A stretch of DNA of 64,000 bases from contig OY761556.1 of NCBI GenBank assembly GCA_963664705.1, forward strand, positions 3,552,001 through 3,616,000, given 5' to 3'. The DNA comes from Acidobacteriota bacterium (lineage in GTDB: Bacteria; Acidobacteriota; UBA6911). The notes beneath the pieces were generated by a model. It ran no database searches, was not told the DNA's origin, and saw only the letters and a program-made list of their open reading frames with translations. Position numbers and translations under genes: made by a program. This document shows positions 1 to 9,175 of this stretch, piece by piece (position 1 is the stretch's first letter; each line of letters starts with the position of its first letter).

Positions 1-1668
1 ATCGATTTGAACGGTCTTGTTGTACTGCAAACCGCCAATACTGTAGTAATTGTTGTTGGTACCGCCGGTAACGATAATTTCCATAGCGTTCGGCTGGAAC
101 CAGGGCTGACCGCCCGGGGAATCCGGAGCCATCAGGAATTTCTTGAAGTCATCAACAGAGTTGTACCCTGCAGTCTTCACGAAATTTGCGATTGGCGGGC
201 TAAGAATGGCTGTGGCACCAAAAAGGAATGGAGCCTGGGTTTTGAAAATGTCCTTGATGATCTGCGGGAAATTCATTTCTTTTCCCCAGTTGTTCGCGCG
301 CCAGTTCTTTGCGGAGAGAACGCCCCAGCCTTCAAACAGACTGACCACGTTTTCGTTCTTCTTGAAGCCTTTTCGAACCGAAAGCGGTTCCCACGGAGAT
401 TCCTTCTCATTCTCGCCAAACACAATGTTAATGGCGTTCATCGGATTCCCTACGGTCCCCATGTAGGTCGTTCCGACTTTGCCGCCATTGCCAAGGTTGA
501 TGGACAGAATGCTCCATGCTCTTCCGATTGTCGTATTGGCATGAGCGTATGGCCCCATGGCGCCAATACCATAATTGATCCCGATCTCATCGCGGATAGG
601 GCCATTGATGACCAGCGCACCGACAAACGAATTATCGGAAACGGAAATGGCTTCCTTTCCGGTAGCGGCCACAGCCAGCAGCAACGGCATATATTCCGGC
701 TTGCAGCCAGCCATAACAGCGTTTACGGCAACGTCTTTTACCGTATATGTCCAGTCTTCGAAATAAGTACCGGTTTGAGTCGGCGACATTTTGCCAACCA
801 TTTCATCCGGACGGTGACTGGTTCCCTTCAGCATGTCATCGACTTTCGCGGCCGTCGGCAGAACGATCGGCATGAAGTCGGTCATGCGCTTATCCATGAA
901 CATCTTCTGCAGATTGTCCGGCGTATCCGTAAAGGTCGCCGGTCCCTTGGTACGATTAATCTCACCGGTCTTCTTTTCATCGGCGGTCAAGGGCTTGGTA
1001 AATTTGTCGACAATTTCCTGCATGACCGGCTTGCCGGTGATCGGGTTGTTGCCGTTAATCACATCACGTCGCAACTGTTCGCGCGTTTTTCCCCACACCG
1101 GGCCACGAACCCACTGGGTCCGGAGGCCGGGGAGCCCGTCATTGCGTGCTTTTTCAGTTTCCTGTTCGTAGAATTCGGAAAGAACGAGAGGGACAGCAGG
1201 CAGATTCATCTTGGTTTCGAAATTCACGGAGTGGCCGACAACTGCCGGCGCACACTGGCTTCAATGGCCCATCCCGATGATGATCCCATTGGCCTTCTCT
1301 TTCATCTCGGCCCACAGCTTCGGATCTTCCGAGTCAAATCCACCGCCACCTTTTCTTTTGAAAACAACGGTGGTTTTGGGGTAATTGGCTTTAAACCAAT
1401 CCACCATTTCAAGCAGGAGATTATCCCCTCCCACAAACCCGTCATCAACGATGTATAAGGTCTTGCCGTCCAGGGTATCGAGGCGCGGCGCCATCGTCTT
1501 TAACTTTATCGGAGGCGGAGTTCCCAACGGATTTAATACCGTAATTTTAGCCTCTGCCGGCTCCGCCTTTTTCGCCGGTGCGGCTTTTTTTGCTTGCGCA
1601 TAGCCTATCTGCAGACAGCAAAACAGGCCTATGCACAGAAACGCAACTATTACTGTGCGCAATTTCAT
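1..1668 (-). CDS. UGSC-family selenoprotein with signal peptide (in-frame TGA = Sec at 1261-1263; 3' end runs off the window)
   Basis: ATG at 1668 follows GGAGG. Signal peptide MKLRTVIVAFLCIGLFCCLQIGYAQA, then APRLDTLDGKTLYIVD. The frame reads GMGH-TGA-SQCAPAV and stays open for 420 codons to position 1. Downstream motifs TDFMPIVLPT, AVNAVMAGCKPEY, ANTTIGRA and ENEKESPW are typical of UGSC-associated proteins. Confidence 0.85.
1231..1255 (-). promoter_or_regulatory. Putative bacterial SECIS hairpin
   Basis: After the UGA the mRNA reads AGCCA GUG UGC GCCGGC AGUU GUCGGC CAC. This gives a 6-bp upper stem, a G in loop position 2 and a loop 17 nt from the UGA, fitting the bacterial SECIS model. 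Confidence 0.65.
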
Positions 1669-1783
1669 GCCTGACTTTCCTCCGTACTTTGAACAATACA
1701 AGGGTTTACCTTTAGAAATACGCCCCTACCATATCATGAAACGGGGTCAATAAAATGGGGGCGGACCCGTTTTGTTGAATTTG

Positions 1784-1809
1784 TGTAATAATTGGCAGGT
1801 TCGTGCGTC
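1784..1809 (+). promoter_or_regulatory. Putative ECF-type (autoregulatory) promoter
   Basis: TGTAAT-N16-CGTC about 20 bp upstream of the ECF sigma start; resembles typical ECF -35/-10 motifs. Confidence 0.4.
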
Positions 1810-1831
1810 ATGTGGGTTGAGGCAACCGGAT

Positions 1832-2350
1832 ATGGAAACAGCCATTAACCTGATGAGCACACAATCATTCGCTATGACTTCGTCAACGGAATTTGCCGAT
1901 CTTTATCAACGCTACTACGCCGCAGTGTATCGAACTGCCCTGCGGGTAACCGGCAATACGGCAGATGCCGAAGACGCCCTCCAAACCGTTTTTCTCCGTG
2001 TACTGAACCAGGGGAGCCAGCATGAATCGGCTCACAACCCGGAAGCATATTTTCGGAGGGCTGCAACAAATGCCGCCCTGGATCTGCTCCGGCGAAGGAT
2101 CTCCCATGGAGAGATTCAGCTCGACACAGCATCCTCCATTGCAGCCAGGGAAAGCTCCGCATTTCTGAAGGAGCAACTCAGGCGCGCCATTGCGTCCCTG
2201 GATCCGTCGGATGCCATTATGTTTTTGCTGCGCTATGTCGAGGGAATGACAAACGGGGAACTCGCGGAAATGTTCGGTCAGGACAAAAATGCAATTGCGG
2301 TTCGGCTTCACCGTATCCGGCAAAATCTACAGACTGAGATGGAGCGATAA
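1832..2350 (+). CDS. RNA polymerase ECF sigma-70 factor
   Basis: Region 2 (ADAEDALQTVFLRV, AYFRRAATNAALDLLRRR) and region 4 HTH (EGMTNGELAEMFG...VRLHRIRQNL). Start codon uncertain (1832/1853/1874). Confidence 0.93.
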   Translation: METAINLMSTQSFAMTSSTEFADLYQRYYAAVYRTALRVTGNTADAEDALQTVFLRVLNQGSQHESAHNPEAYFRRAATNAALDLLRRRISHGEIQLDTASSIAARESSAFLKEQLRRAIASLDPSDAIMFLLRYVEGMTNGELAEMFGQDKNAIAVRLHRIRQNLQTEMER

Positions 2351-2362
2351 CGGAGGTCGGCA

Positions 2363-4807
2363 ATGTCAGAAGATCGCTTGGAACAAGCCCTACAGGCAAT
2401 CAAAAATGAAGATGTAAGCCCTGAACAGCTCGCCGATGCGGCAGCCCGAGTGCGAAAGAACCTGGAAGATCCGTCCAGTGCACTGTGTTCAGAATTTCAA
2501 TCCGAAATCCACGACTACCTTGACGGACAGCTTGCCGCCAATCGGCGGATGTTATTGGAAGACCATCTGGGACGCTGCCCTGCCTGCAGAGCACGACTTG
2601 CCTCCCTCAAGGGAGCAGGGAATGTTGTTCCCATGCCTGCACGGCAGAAACCCGGTTGGCAGAAATGGGCAAAATGGGCCATCGCCGCCGCCGTATTACT
2701 GATGGCGGTCTATGTCGGACGCGACAATCTCGACAATCTGATGGCTCCCGGCGGCCCCAGGGCCACCGTAGCATCATTGCAGGGCTCTCTCTACCTGGTG
2801 CCCAGCGGTATGCTGCAGGTAGGCGCGCCGATTGCCGAGAACGCCGTGGTCCGCACCGGGCCTGGAACCCATGCCGTGCTTCGGCTGAGAGACGGATCTC
2901 GAGTTGAAATCAATGAAGGAACCGAGCTTTCCGTTCACGCGGCCTGGAGCGGCCAATCCATTCGCCTTCAGCGCGGTGACGTCATCGTGCAGGCCGCCAA
3001 GCAGCATCGCGGCCACCTCCGCGTGGAGACTCGCGACTCGGTCGCTTCGGTGAAGGGAACCATATTCGCCGTATCGACAGGCTTCGGCGGCACGCTGGTT
3101 TCGGTGGTTGAAGGCTCCGTTGCCGTGGCACAACCCAACACCAATGTGCTCCTCACGCCCGGACAACAGGCTGCATCCAACCCGGCGTTGGCAAGTTCCG
3201 TTCAGGATGCGGTTTCATGGAGTCCGGACGCACAGAACTACATTGCAGTAATGGCCTCGCTTGCGCACATTCAAAAACAGATGGCCTCCATGCCGTCGCC
3301 CTTGCTAAAAACGCAGTCAAACCTGCTTCAGTACATGCCTCCAAACATGATCGTGTATGGAGCCGTTCCGAACCTGAGCAACACGATCAACCAGGCTGTA
3401 GCGCTTGCAGAACAGCAATCGGCTGAGAATCCCGCTTTCAGTCAGTGGTGGAATGCCGGGGCTGGACAGGAACTGAAAAAACTCATCGGCAAGATCCAGT
3501 CGGTCACTCCGCTCCTCGGCGATGAGATCGTGTACGGAATCTGTGTAAATGGATCAACCGTGCCGGTCCTGATTGCGGAAGTACGCTCGGGAAAGCGCGA
3601 GGAGCTGAGCAACATATTAAACAGCCTTAATACCAGCGGAGGCGACGCGCTTCCATACAAGCTGAACGATAGCCTGCTGGCAGCGTCGAATTCAGCCGTC
3701 AACCTGGAATGGCTGATCACCCACATGGGCCAGGGCAGCGGCACGCCTTTTGCACAGGAAATCGCATCGCGCTATATGGACGGAGCGGCATGGCTTCTTG
3801 GAATCGACATGGAGTCGATTTTCTCAGAAAGCTTCACCGGCGGGAACAAAGCGCTGGCTTCGCAAAAGGTCAAGCATCTCTTCCTGGAACAGCGAAATGC
3901 TTCAGGAATTGAGGAGAATGAAATCGCTGTTTCCTTCAACGGGCCGCGCGAAGGCATCGCGTCATTTCTGGCAGGCACGGGGTCAGGAGGTGCAGCCGAA
4001 TATCTTTCAAGCGACTGCATCGCCGCCTTATACATGTCCACGCGAGAACCTCAACAGTTGTTCCAGGAACTGACGGCGCAGCTGACGAAAATATCACCAA
4101 CATTCCAGGGCGAATTTGCGGCAGCCCAGGCCAGAATGGGCATAGACTTTTCCAATGACCTGGCACGCGCACTGGGAACGGAATCGGCTATTTCACTGAA
4201 CGGATTATCCACCAGCGGGCCAGTGTGGACTATGGCGGGCATCGTAAACGATCAGGCCACGCTGGAGGCAACGATACGCAAGCTTGCAACCTTCATGAAC
4301 GCCGAACTGGAAAGGGCGGGCAGAACCGAACGCATACTCATTGAGCAGGAAATCGTGGATGGACGCACGTGGACGACCCTGAAACCCTCTGATCAGCCGG
4401 TCTCCGTCACATGGACCTACGACAGAGGCTACATTGTGGCCGGATCCAGCAGAGGCGTGGCTGCGAAAGCGATCGCAAACCGCAACGGCGGATCGTCGCT
4501 GCCGTGGTCACCCGCATTCCGACAGCAGTTGCCGGTCTCAGTCGGGCTGCATCCTTCAGGATTTGCCTGGTTGAACACGAGCGGAGCATTCCAGGGACTC
4601 GAGGCATTGATCCCCAATCCATTGATTCAGAAAATGGTGGCCGAGCGGGATCCGATTCTTGTGGCATTCAGCGGATTAACGGAACAAATTCGCGCCGTCA
4701 GCCGTACTCGATTAACGGGAATGGTAATGAATATGTTGCTACTGAGGAGTCTGGACCCCGCACACACGGGTTCGACTCAGGCAAATGCACAATCGGGTAT
4801 GCTCTAA
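2363..4807 (+). CDS. Anti-sigma factor: zf-HC2 (ZAS) + TM + FecR domain + large C-terminal periplasmic domain
   Basis: DYLDGQL...HLGRCPAC (HxxxCxxC), TM WAIAAAVLLMAVYV, FecR motifs LRDGSRVEINEGTEL and VKGTIFAV...VSVVEGSVAV. GGAGG RBS, 12 bp after the sigma gene. Confidence 0.88.
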   Translation: MSEDRLEQALQAIKNEDVSPEQLADAAARVRKNLEDPSSALCSEFQSEIHDYLDGQLAANRRMLLEDHLGRCPACRARLASLKGAGNVVPMPARQKPGWQKWAKWAIAAAVLLMAVYVGRDNLDNLMAPGGPRATVASLQGSLYLVPSGMLQVGAPIAENAVVRTGPGTHAVLRLRDGSRVEINEGTELSVHAAWSGQSIRLQRGDVIVQAAKQHRGHLRVETRDSVASVKGTIFAVSTGFGGTLVSVVEGSVAVAQPNTNVLLTPGQQAASNPALASSVQDAVSWSPDAQNYIAVMASLAHIQKQMASMPSPLLKTQSNLLQYMPPNMIVYGAVPNLSNTINQAVALAEQQSAENPAFSQWWNAGAGQELKKLIGKIQSVTPLLGDEIVYGICVNGSTVPVLIAEVRSGKREELSNILNSLNTSGGDALPYKLNDSLLAASNSAVNLEWLITHMGQGSGTPFAQEIASRYMDGAAWLLGIDMESIFSESFTGGNKALASQKVKHLFLEQRNASGIEENEIAVSFNGPREGIASFLAGTGSGGAAEYLSSDCIAALYMSTREPQQLFQELTAQLTKISPTFQGEFAAAQARMGIDFSNDLARALGTESAISLNGLSTSGPVWTMAGIVNDQATLEATIRKLATFMNAELERAGRTERILIEQEIVDGRTWTTLKPSDQPVSVTWTYDRGYIVAGSSRGVAAKAIANRNGGSSLPWSPAFRQQLPVSVGLHPSGFAWLNTSGAFQGLEALIPNPLIQKMVAERDPILVAFSGLTEQIRAVSRTRLTGMVMNMLLLRSLDPAHTGSTQANAQSGML

Positions 4808-5773
4808 ATGACTTCTGCAGTTGTTGAACTGGAAAATCTGAGAGTGAAACTCGGGCGGCGGGAAGTGCTGAAGGACATTTCCTGCCGCCTCGGCATTTCC
4901 GGACAGGGTAAAGCCATCGGACTCCTGGGACCTAACGGAGCCGGCAAATCCACGTTAATTCTGACCATGCTCGGCTTTCATAAGCCGGCAGCAGGAAGTA
5001 TTCGAGTACTCGGATTCGATTCTCGTCTCCAGATGCACGATGTCAGAACGCGGATCGGTTACATGCCCGAGACGGATTCGTTCATCGCAAACCTGACCGC
5101 CGTCTCCTTTCTACGCCTCATGGGTGAACTCTCCGGGCTTCCCGGCAAAGTTGCATTGGAGAAAGCGCACGAAGCTCTGTTCCACGTCGGTCTGGGTGAG
5201 GCCCGCTACCGCGAACTGAAAACCTATTCCCTGGGAATGAAGCAAATGGCCAAGCTGGCGCAGGCTATCGTGCACGGACCCGAACTGCTGATTCTCGATG
5301 AGCCTACCAATGGGCTCGATCCATCCGCCCGCCAACGCATGCTCCGGCTTGTTCGTGAGATGAGGGAGGAACAGGGCATGAACATCCTGCTTTGCTCCCA
5401 TCTGCTGCGTGACGTCGAACAGGTCTGCGATGAAGTAGTGATCATGAAGGATGGAATGATCGTGCACGAATGCAATCTCGAGGAAGAGCGCCGCTCAAAC
5501 AAGTCTTTCGTCGAACTTGAAGTCTACGGCAATGATGACAACCTCCGGAACACCCTCCCCGAAATCGGTGCGGAAGGCGTTACGGAAGGAAGCGGGCGCT
5601 GGCGCATCGTTCTTCCGCCAGCGGTGGAGATCCAGGCGTTGTGGAACCTGCTTGGCCGCCAGGACCTCTCGGTAAGAAAGCTTACCTACCGCAGGGATAC
5701 GCTGGAGGAAATCTTTCTGAAAGCCATGGGGCATATACAGCACACCCCCGGGGAAAACGCAGCCGCAAGATAG
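4808..5773 (+). CDS. ABC transporter ATP-binding protein
   Basis: Walker A GPNGAGKST, signature YSLGMKQ, Walker B LILDEP, H-loop SHLL. Confidence 0.95.
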   Translation: MTSAVVELENLRVKLGRREVLKDISCRLGISGQGKAIGLLGPNGAGKSTLILTMLGFHKPAAGSIRVLGFDSRLQMHDVRTRIGYMPETDSFIANLTAVSFLRLMGELSGLPGKVALEKAHEALFHVGLGEARYRELKTYSLGMKQMAKLAQAIVHGPELLILDEPTNGLDPSARQRMLRLVREMREEQGMNILLCSHLLRDVEQVCDEVVIMKDGMIVHECNLEEERRSNKSFVELEVYGNDDNLRNTLPEIGAEGVTEGSGRWRIVLPPAVEIQALWNLLGRQDLSVRKLTYRRDTLEEIFLKAMGHIQHTPGENAAAR

Positions 5774-5817
5774 GAGCGCGGTGCTGCAAGCAGCCGCGCC
5801 GGGGGGCAGGAGGGATA

Positions 5818-6678
5818 ATGGCCGTTTATAAACGAGGATACCAGCGATACCAGGGGCCAACCAATTCACACTGGTCCCGCTTCATGGTATTGCCTCGTTT
5901 CGCATGGCAACGGGTCTTTCAGCAGCGTCTTGTCGTTCTCCTCATGGTGGTAGCCATGGTCTGGCCGCTGCTGTGCGCCATATTCATTTACCTCACCAAC
6001 CATGCCGAGCTGCTGAAAAGCGCCGCCAGGCAATTTCAGGACTTCATCCAGGTCAACGGCAACTTCTTCCTGGTTTTCATGTATGTCCAATCCGGTTTTG
6101 CCGTCCTGCTTGCCGCGATGACAGGGCCGGGACTGATTGCGCCCGATCTTGCAAACAACGCCCTGCCGCTTTATTTCAGTCGACCGCTCAGCCGAATGGA
6201 CTATGCACTGGCCCGGCTCTTAACCTTAGGCGGCCTTCTATCGCTGGTCACCATCGTACCAGGATTACTGCTCCTCGGGATGCAAGTGGGGATTGCAGGG
6301 CTGGACTGGCTCTTCTCCAATTGGAGACTTGGCCTGGGACTGGTAGTCGGTTTTGCATTGTGGATTCTGCTGGTCAGCCTGGTTGCAATGGCCAGCTCCG
6401 CATATGCTCGAATGAAAGCGGTCTCCGGTGGACTGGTGCTTGGATTCTTCTTCATCCTGAGCGGTCTATCCCAAATGATCAACAGCATATTCCGCGTCAC
6501 CTGGGGAAACGGGCTCAGCCCGCTCTGGGTATCCAGGCGGATCTGGTATGCGCTTTTTAGTGTCGAGCCCAAACCGGGTCCCGGTGTAGCGGCATGCATG
6601 TCCATGATTATTGCCATCATCCTTCTGCTGATTATTGTCATTGAACGGAAACTCCGTCCGGTAGAGGTGGTTTCGTGA
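5818..6678 (+). CDS. ABC-2 type transporter permease
   Basis: About 6 TM segments; motif LPLYFSRPLSRMDY; ATG at 5818 after GGAGGG. Confidence 0.88.
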   Translation: MAVYKRGYQRYQGPTNSHWSRFMVLPRFAWQRVFQQRLVVLLMVVAMVWPLLCAIFIYLTNHAELLKSAARQFQDFIQVNGNFFLVFMYVQSGFAVLLAAMTGPGLIAPDLANNALPLYFSRPLSRMDYALARLLTLGGLLSLVTIVPGLLLLGMQVGIAGLDWLFSNWRLGLGLVVGFALWILLVSLVAMASSAYARMKAVSGGLVLGFFFILSGLSQMINSIFRVTWGNGLSPLWVSRRIWYALFSVEPKPGPGVAACMSMIIAIILLLIIVIERKLRPVEVVS

Positions 6679-7607
6679 CCCAGCCCATGGTGGTATTTGA
6701 CGAGGTTTCGAAGTTCTACGGGGATGTCCTGGGCGTCAATCACGTGTCATTGAACATCCCTCCCGGCATCACCAGCCTTGTGGGACCCAACGGTTCTGGC
6801 AAAACGACTCTGATGAACCTGATGACCGGGCTTATACATCCCGATGACGGCTCCATACTGGTACGAGGGCTTTCGCCGCAGGATCCCGAACACCTGATGC
6901 GCATTACCGGATATGCGACTCAATATGACGCAGCTCCTCGCTGGGCAACGGGCTTCAGCTTCATTACCACAGGACTGCTTCTTTACGGATACGCGCGAGC
7001 CGAAGCGGAAGAAAAGGCCTGGAAGGCGCTGGAGCGGCTGGGCCTGACTGAGGCCGCACACAGGAAAATGGCCGCATATTCCAAAGGGATGCGGCAGCGA
7101 GTCCGGCTCGCCCAGGCTATCGCTCACGAACCGGACATACTCATTCTGGATGAACCGCTCAATGGACTGGATCCCTTGGTGCGCGCAGAGACGATTGCGC
7201 TTTTCCATGCCTGGGCAGCCCAGGGCCGCCACGTGATTCTTTCCAGCCACGTCCTTCAGGAAGTGGACGTCATCAGCAACCAGGTCGTACTGATCTCCAG
7301 CGGCATGATCGTGGCCGAAGGCAAGATTCGCGACGTGCGGGAAGAGATCCAGGAACACCCGAGCCAATACCTCGTCCGTTGCCGGGAGGCATCGCGTGTG
7401 GCCGCACTGCTGTTCAATGAAGATCACATCACCGAGGTACGCCTGAACGAGGATCGCCTGGGCTTGATGGTCATGACACGTGATCGCCAGCAGTTCTCGC
7501 GCGCCATCGGCCGGATTGCCCTGGATGGGCACACGATTGACAGCGTGATTCCCGCGGATGAAAACGTCGACGCGCTATACGAATACCTGATTGGAGAGGG
7601 ACGCTAG
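6675..7607 (+). CDS. ABC transporter ATP-binding protein
   Basis: GPNGSGKTT, YSKGMRQR, ILILDEP, SSH; GTGA overlap with the upstream stop. Confidence 0.95.
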   Translation: MTQPMVVFDEVSKFYGDVLGVNHVSLNIPPGITSLVGPNGSGKTTLMNLMTGLIHPDDGSILVRGLSPQDPEHLMRITGYATQYDAAPRWATGFSFITTGLLLYGYARAEAEEKAWKALERLGLTEAAHRKMAAYSKGMRQRVRLAQAIAHEPDILILDEPLNGLDPLVRAETIALFHAWAAQGRHVILSSHVLQEVDVISNQVVLISSGMIVAEGKIRDVREEIQEHPSQYLVRCREASRVAALLFNEDHITEVRLNEDRLGLMVMTRDRQQFSRAIGRIALDGHTIDSVIPADENVDALYEYLIGEGR

Positions 7608-9142
7608 TGGAAAACCGGTCCTGGATAAAGCAGGCATGGACAATTACCAAAATCGAGCTGAGGCGCGCTTTCTTTTCAAAGCGCGGGTTCTGGGTCTATG
7701 GTCTTGCACTGATACCAGCCCTGGCATTTTTTGCGCACGGAATCCAGTTGAAGATACGGCGGCAAAGCCTTTCCTCAAAAACGGGGCTCGTACAGCCCGC
7801 CCAGCTGGATAGCATTCGCGAAGGGGAAACGGCCGAAGCCATTATTGCTCGAATCGGCAAGGCATCATGGGATCAGGAATGGCCCAAATACAACAAGATC
7901 GATGTTCAGGGGAAGAACGGCGGCATTACTTCGCACAAGGTTGAGCCGGTTGTGGAGGCCCGATTCGTCAGGCTGAATGTGAGGGTACCATCCTACAACG
8001 GGGATCCAGCCGCACGAATTTATGAACTCGAAGTGTATGGCGACAGCGACTCCGTCAACCTGGCTCTCAACAAGCCGGCTACGGGCAGCACTCCCTGCAG
8101 CCCCTCCGAAGGCCCGGAGAAGGCTTTCAACGGCAGCGTCAAAGGCGGGGTCAGTGATCGCTGGTGCTCCAACGCGCCTCGAAAGTATCTCCAGGTGGAC
8201 CTGGGAACCGTCACCAAAATCAAACGCATTGTTGTCAAACACGCCAGTGCGGGCGGCGAGCGCGAGGAACTGGACTCGTCCCTATTCGACCTCCAGGCCA
8301 GCGTTGATGAACGCAAGTTTCTTACAATCGTAAACAGGGCGTCCACGCGTTTCATCGATGAAGTAGTCCAGCACCGTACCCTCAGCTACTTTGACGGTCG
8401 CCGCGAAGCAACGCTGGATTTCGATGAAGGAAAGCTCGTGTCCAGGCGGGTGCATCCGCTCATGGATTTCGAAGAAGACCGCGCCGTCTTTGCCGGTATT
8501 TTCCAATATTTCTATCTGCGCCTGGCCATTTTCTTCGGATGCCTCGGCATCTTCATGAATCTGTTTCGGGGCGAGATACTCGACCACACATTGCATTTCT
8601 GGTTCCTTGCACCGGCTCGCCGCACGGTGCTGCTCCTGGGCAAATATGGAGCCGGATTGATCGCTTCCACCATAATCTTTGGCGGAGGCACTCTTCTGTG
8701 TTTTACGATACTGCTCCAGATGCATGACCCGGTGGAAGTCCATGCCTTTTGGCAGACCGCCGGCGTCAGCCATGCGTTCTGGTATGTCGCAGCCGCTGTG
8801 CTGGGATGCCTGGGCTATGGCAGCGTCTTCCTCGCGGCAGGTCTGTTGATGAAGAATCCCATTATTCCGGCCGCGGTCCTGGTGGTTTGGGAGGCTATCA
8901 ACGGGTTTCTCCCCGAAATTCTCCAGAAATTGAGCGTGCTGTATTACCTCCAGTGTTTGTGCCCCGTCCCGGCACCGATGGACTCCGACATGCCCGGGCT
9001 GCTGAAACTACTGCTCAACCCGGCAGCCCCGGTTTCCCGTACGGGAGCCATATTCGGAATTCTCTCGCTTACAGCCATCGTTCTGTGGATAGCAAGCGTT
9101 GCCATTCGCCGCATGGAGGTATCCTACTCCACGGAAGCATAA
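7607..9142 (+). CDS. ABC-2 type permease with inserted F5/8 type C (discoidin/CBM32) domain
   Basis: N-terminal ELRRAF plus TM; C-terminal permease half (GEILDHTLHFWFLAPARR..LLLGKY). Extracytoplasmic loop has ARFVRLNV..ARIYELEVYG and NLALNKPATGS..RWCS..YLQVDLG. Confidence 0.85.
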   Translation: MENRSWIKQAWTITKIELRRAFFSKRGFWVYGLALIPALAFFAHGIQLKIRRQSLSSKTGLVQPAQLDSIREGETAEAIIARIGKASWDQEWPKYNKIDVQGKNGGITSHKVEPVVEARFVRLNVRVPSYNGDPAARIYELEVYGDSDSVNLALNKPATGSTPCSPSEGPEKAFNGSVKGGVSDRWCSNAPRKYLQVDLGTVTKIKRIVVKHASAGGEREELDSSLFDLQASVDERKFLTIVNRASTRFIDEVVQHRTLSYFDGRREATLDFDEGKLVSRRVHPLMDFEEDRAVFAGIFQYFYLRLAIFFGCLGIFMNLFRGEILDHTLHFWFLAPARRTVLLLGKYGAGLIASTIIFGGGTLLCFTILLQMHDPVEVHAFWQTAGVSHAFWYVAAAVLGCLGYGSVFLAAGLLMKNPIIPAAVLVVWEAINGFLPEILQKLSVLYYLQCLCPVPAPMDSDMPGLLKLLLNPAAPVSRTGAIFGILSLTAIVLWIASVAIRRMEVSYSTEA

Positions 9143-9175
9143 AATAGCCTGATCGGGACGGCGGCACTCCCGCAA

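Noticed and set aside
7-1458. 483-aa plus-strand ORF
   Set aside because: Antisense shadow of the minus-strand UGSC gene; no recognisable motifs.
1261-1701. 146-aa ORF as a complete gene, or a nonsense pseudogene
   Set aside because: The UxxC context, SECIS-like hairpin and intact downstream frame favour Sec read-through.
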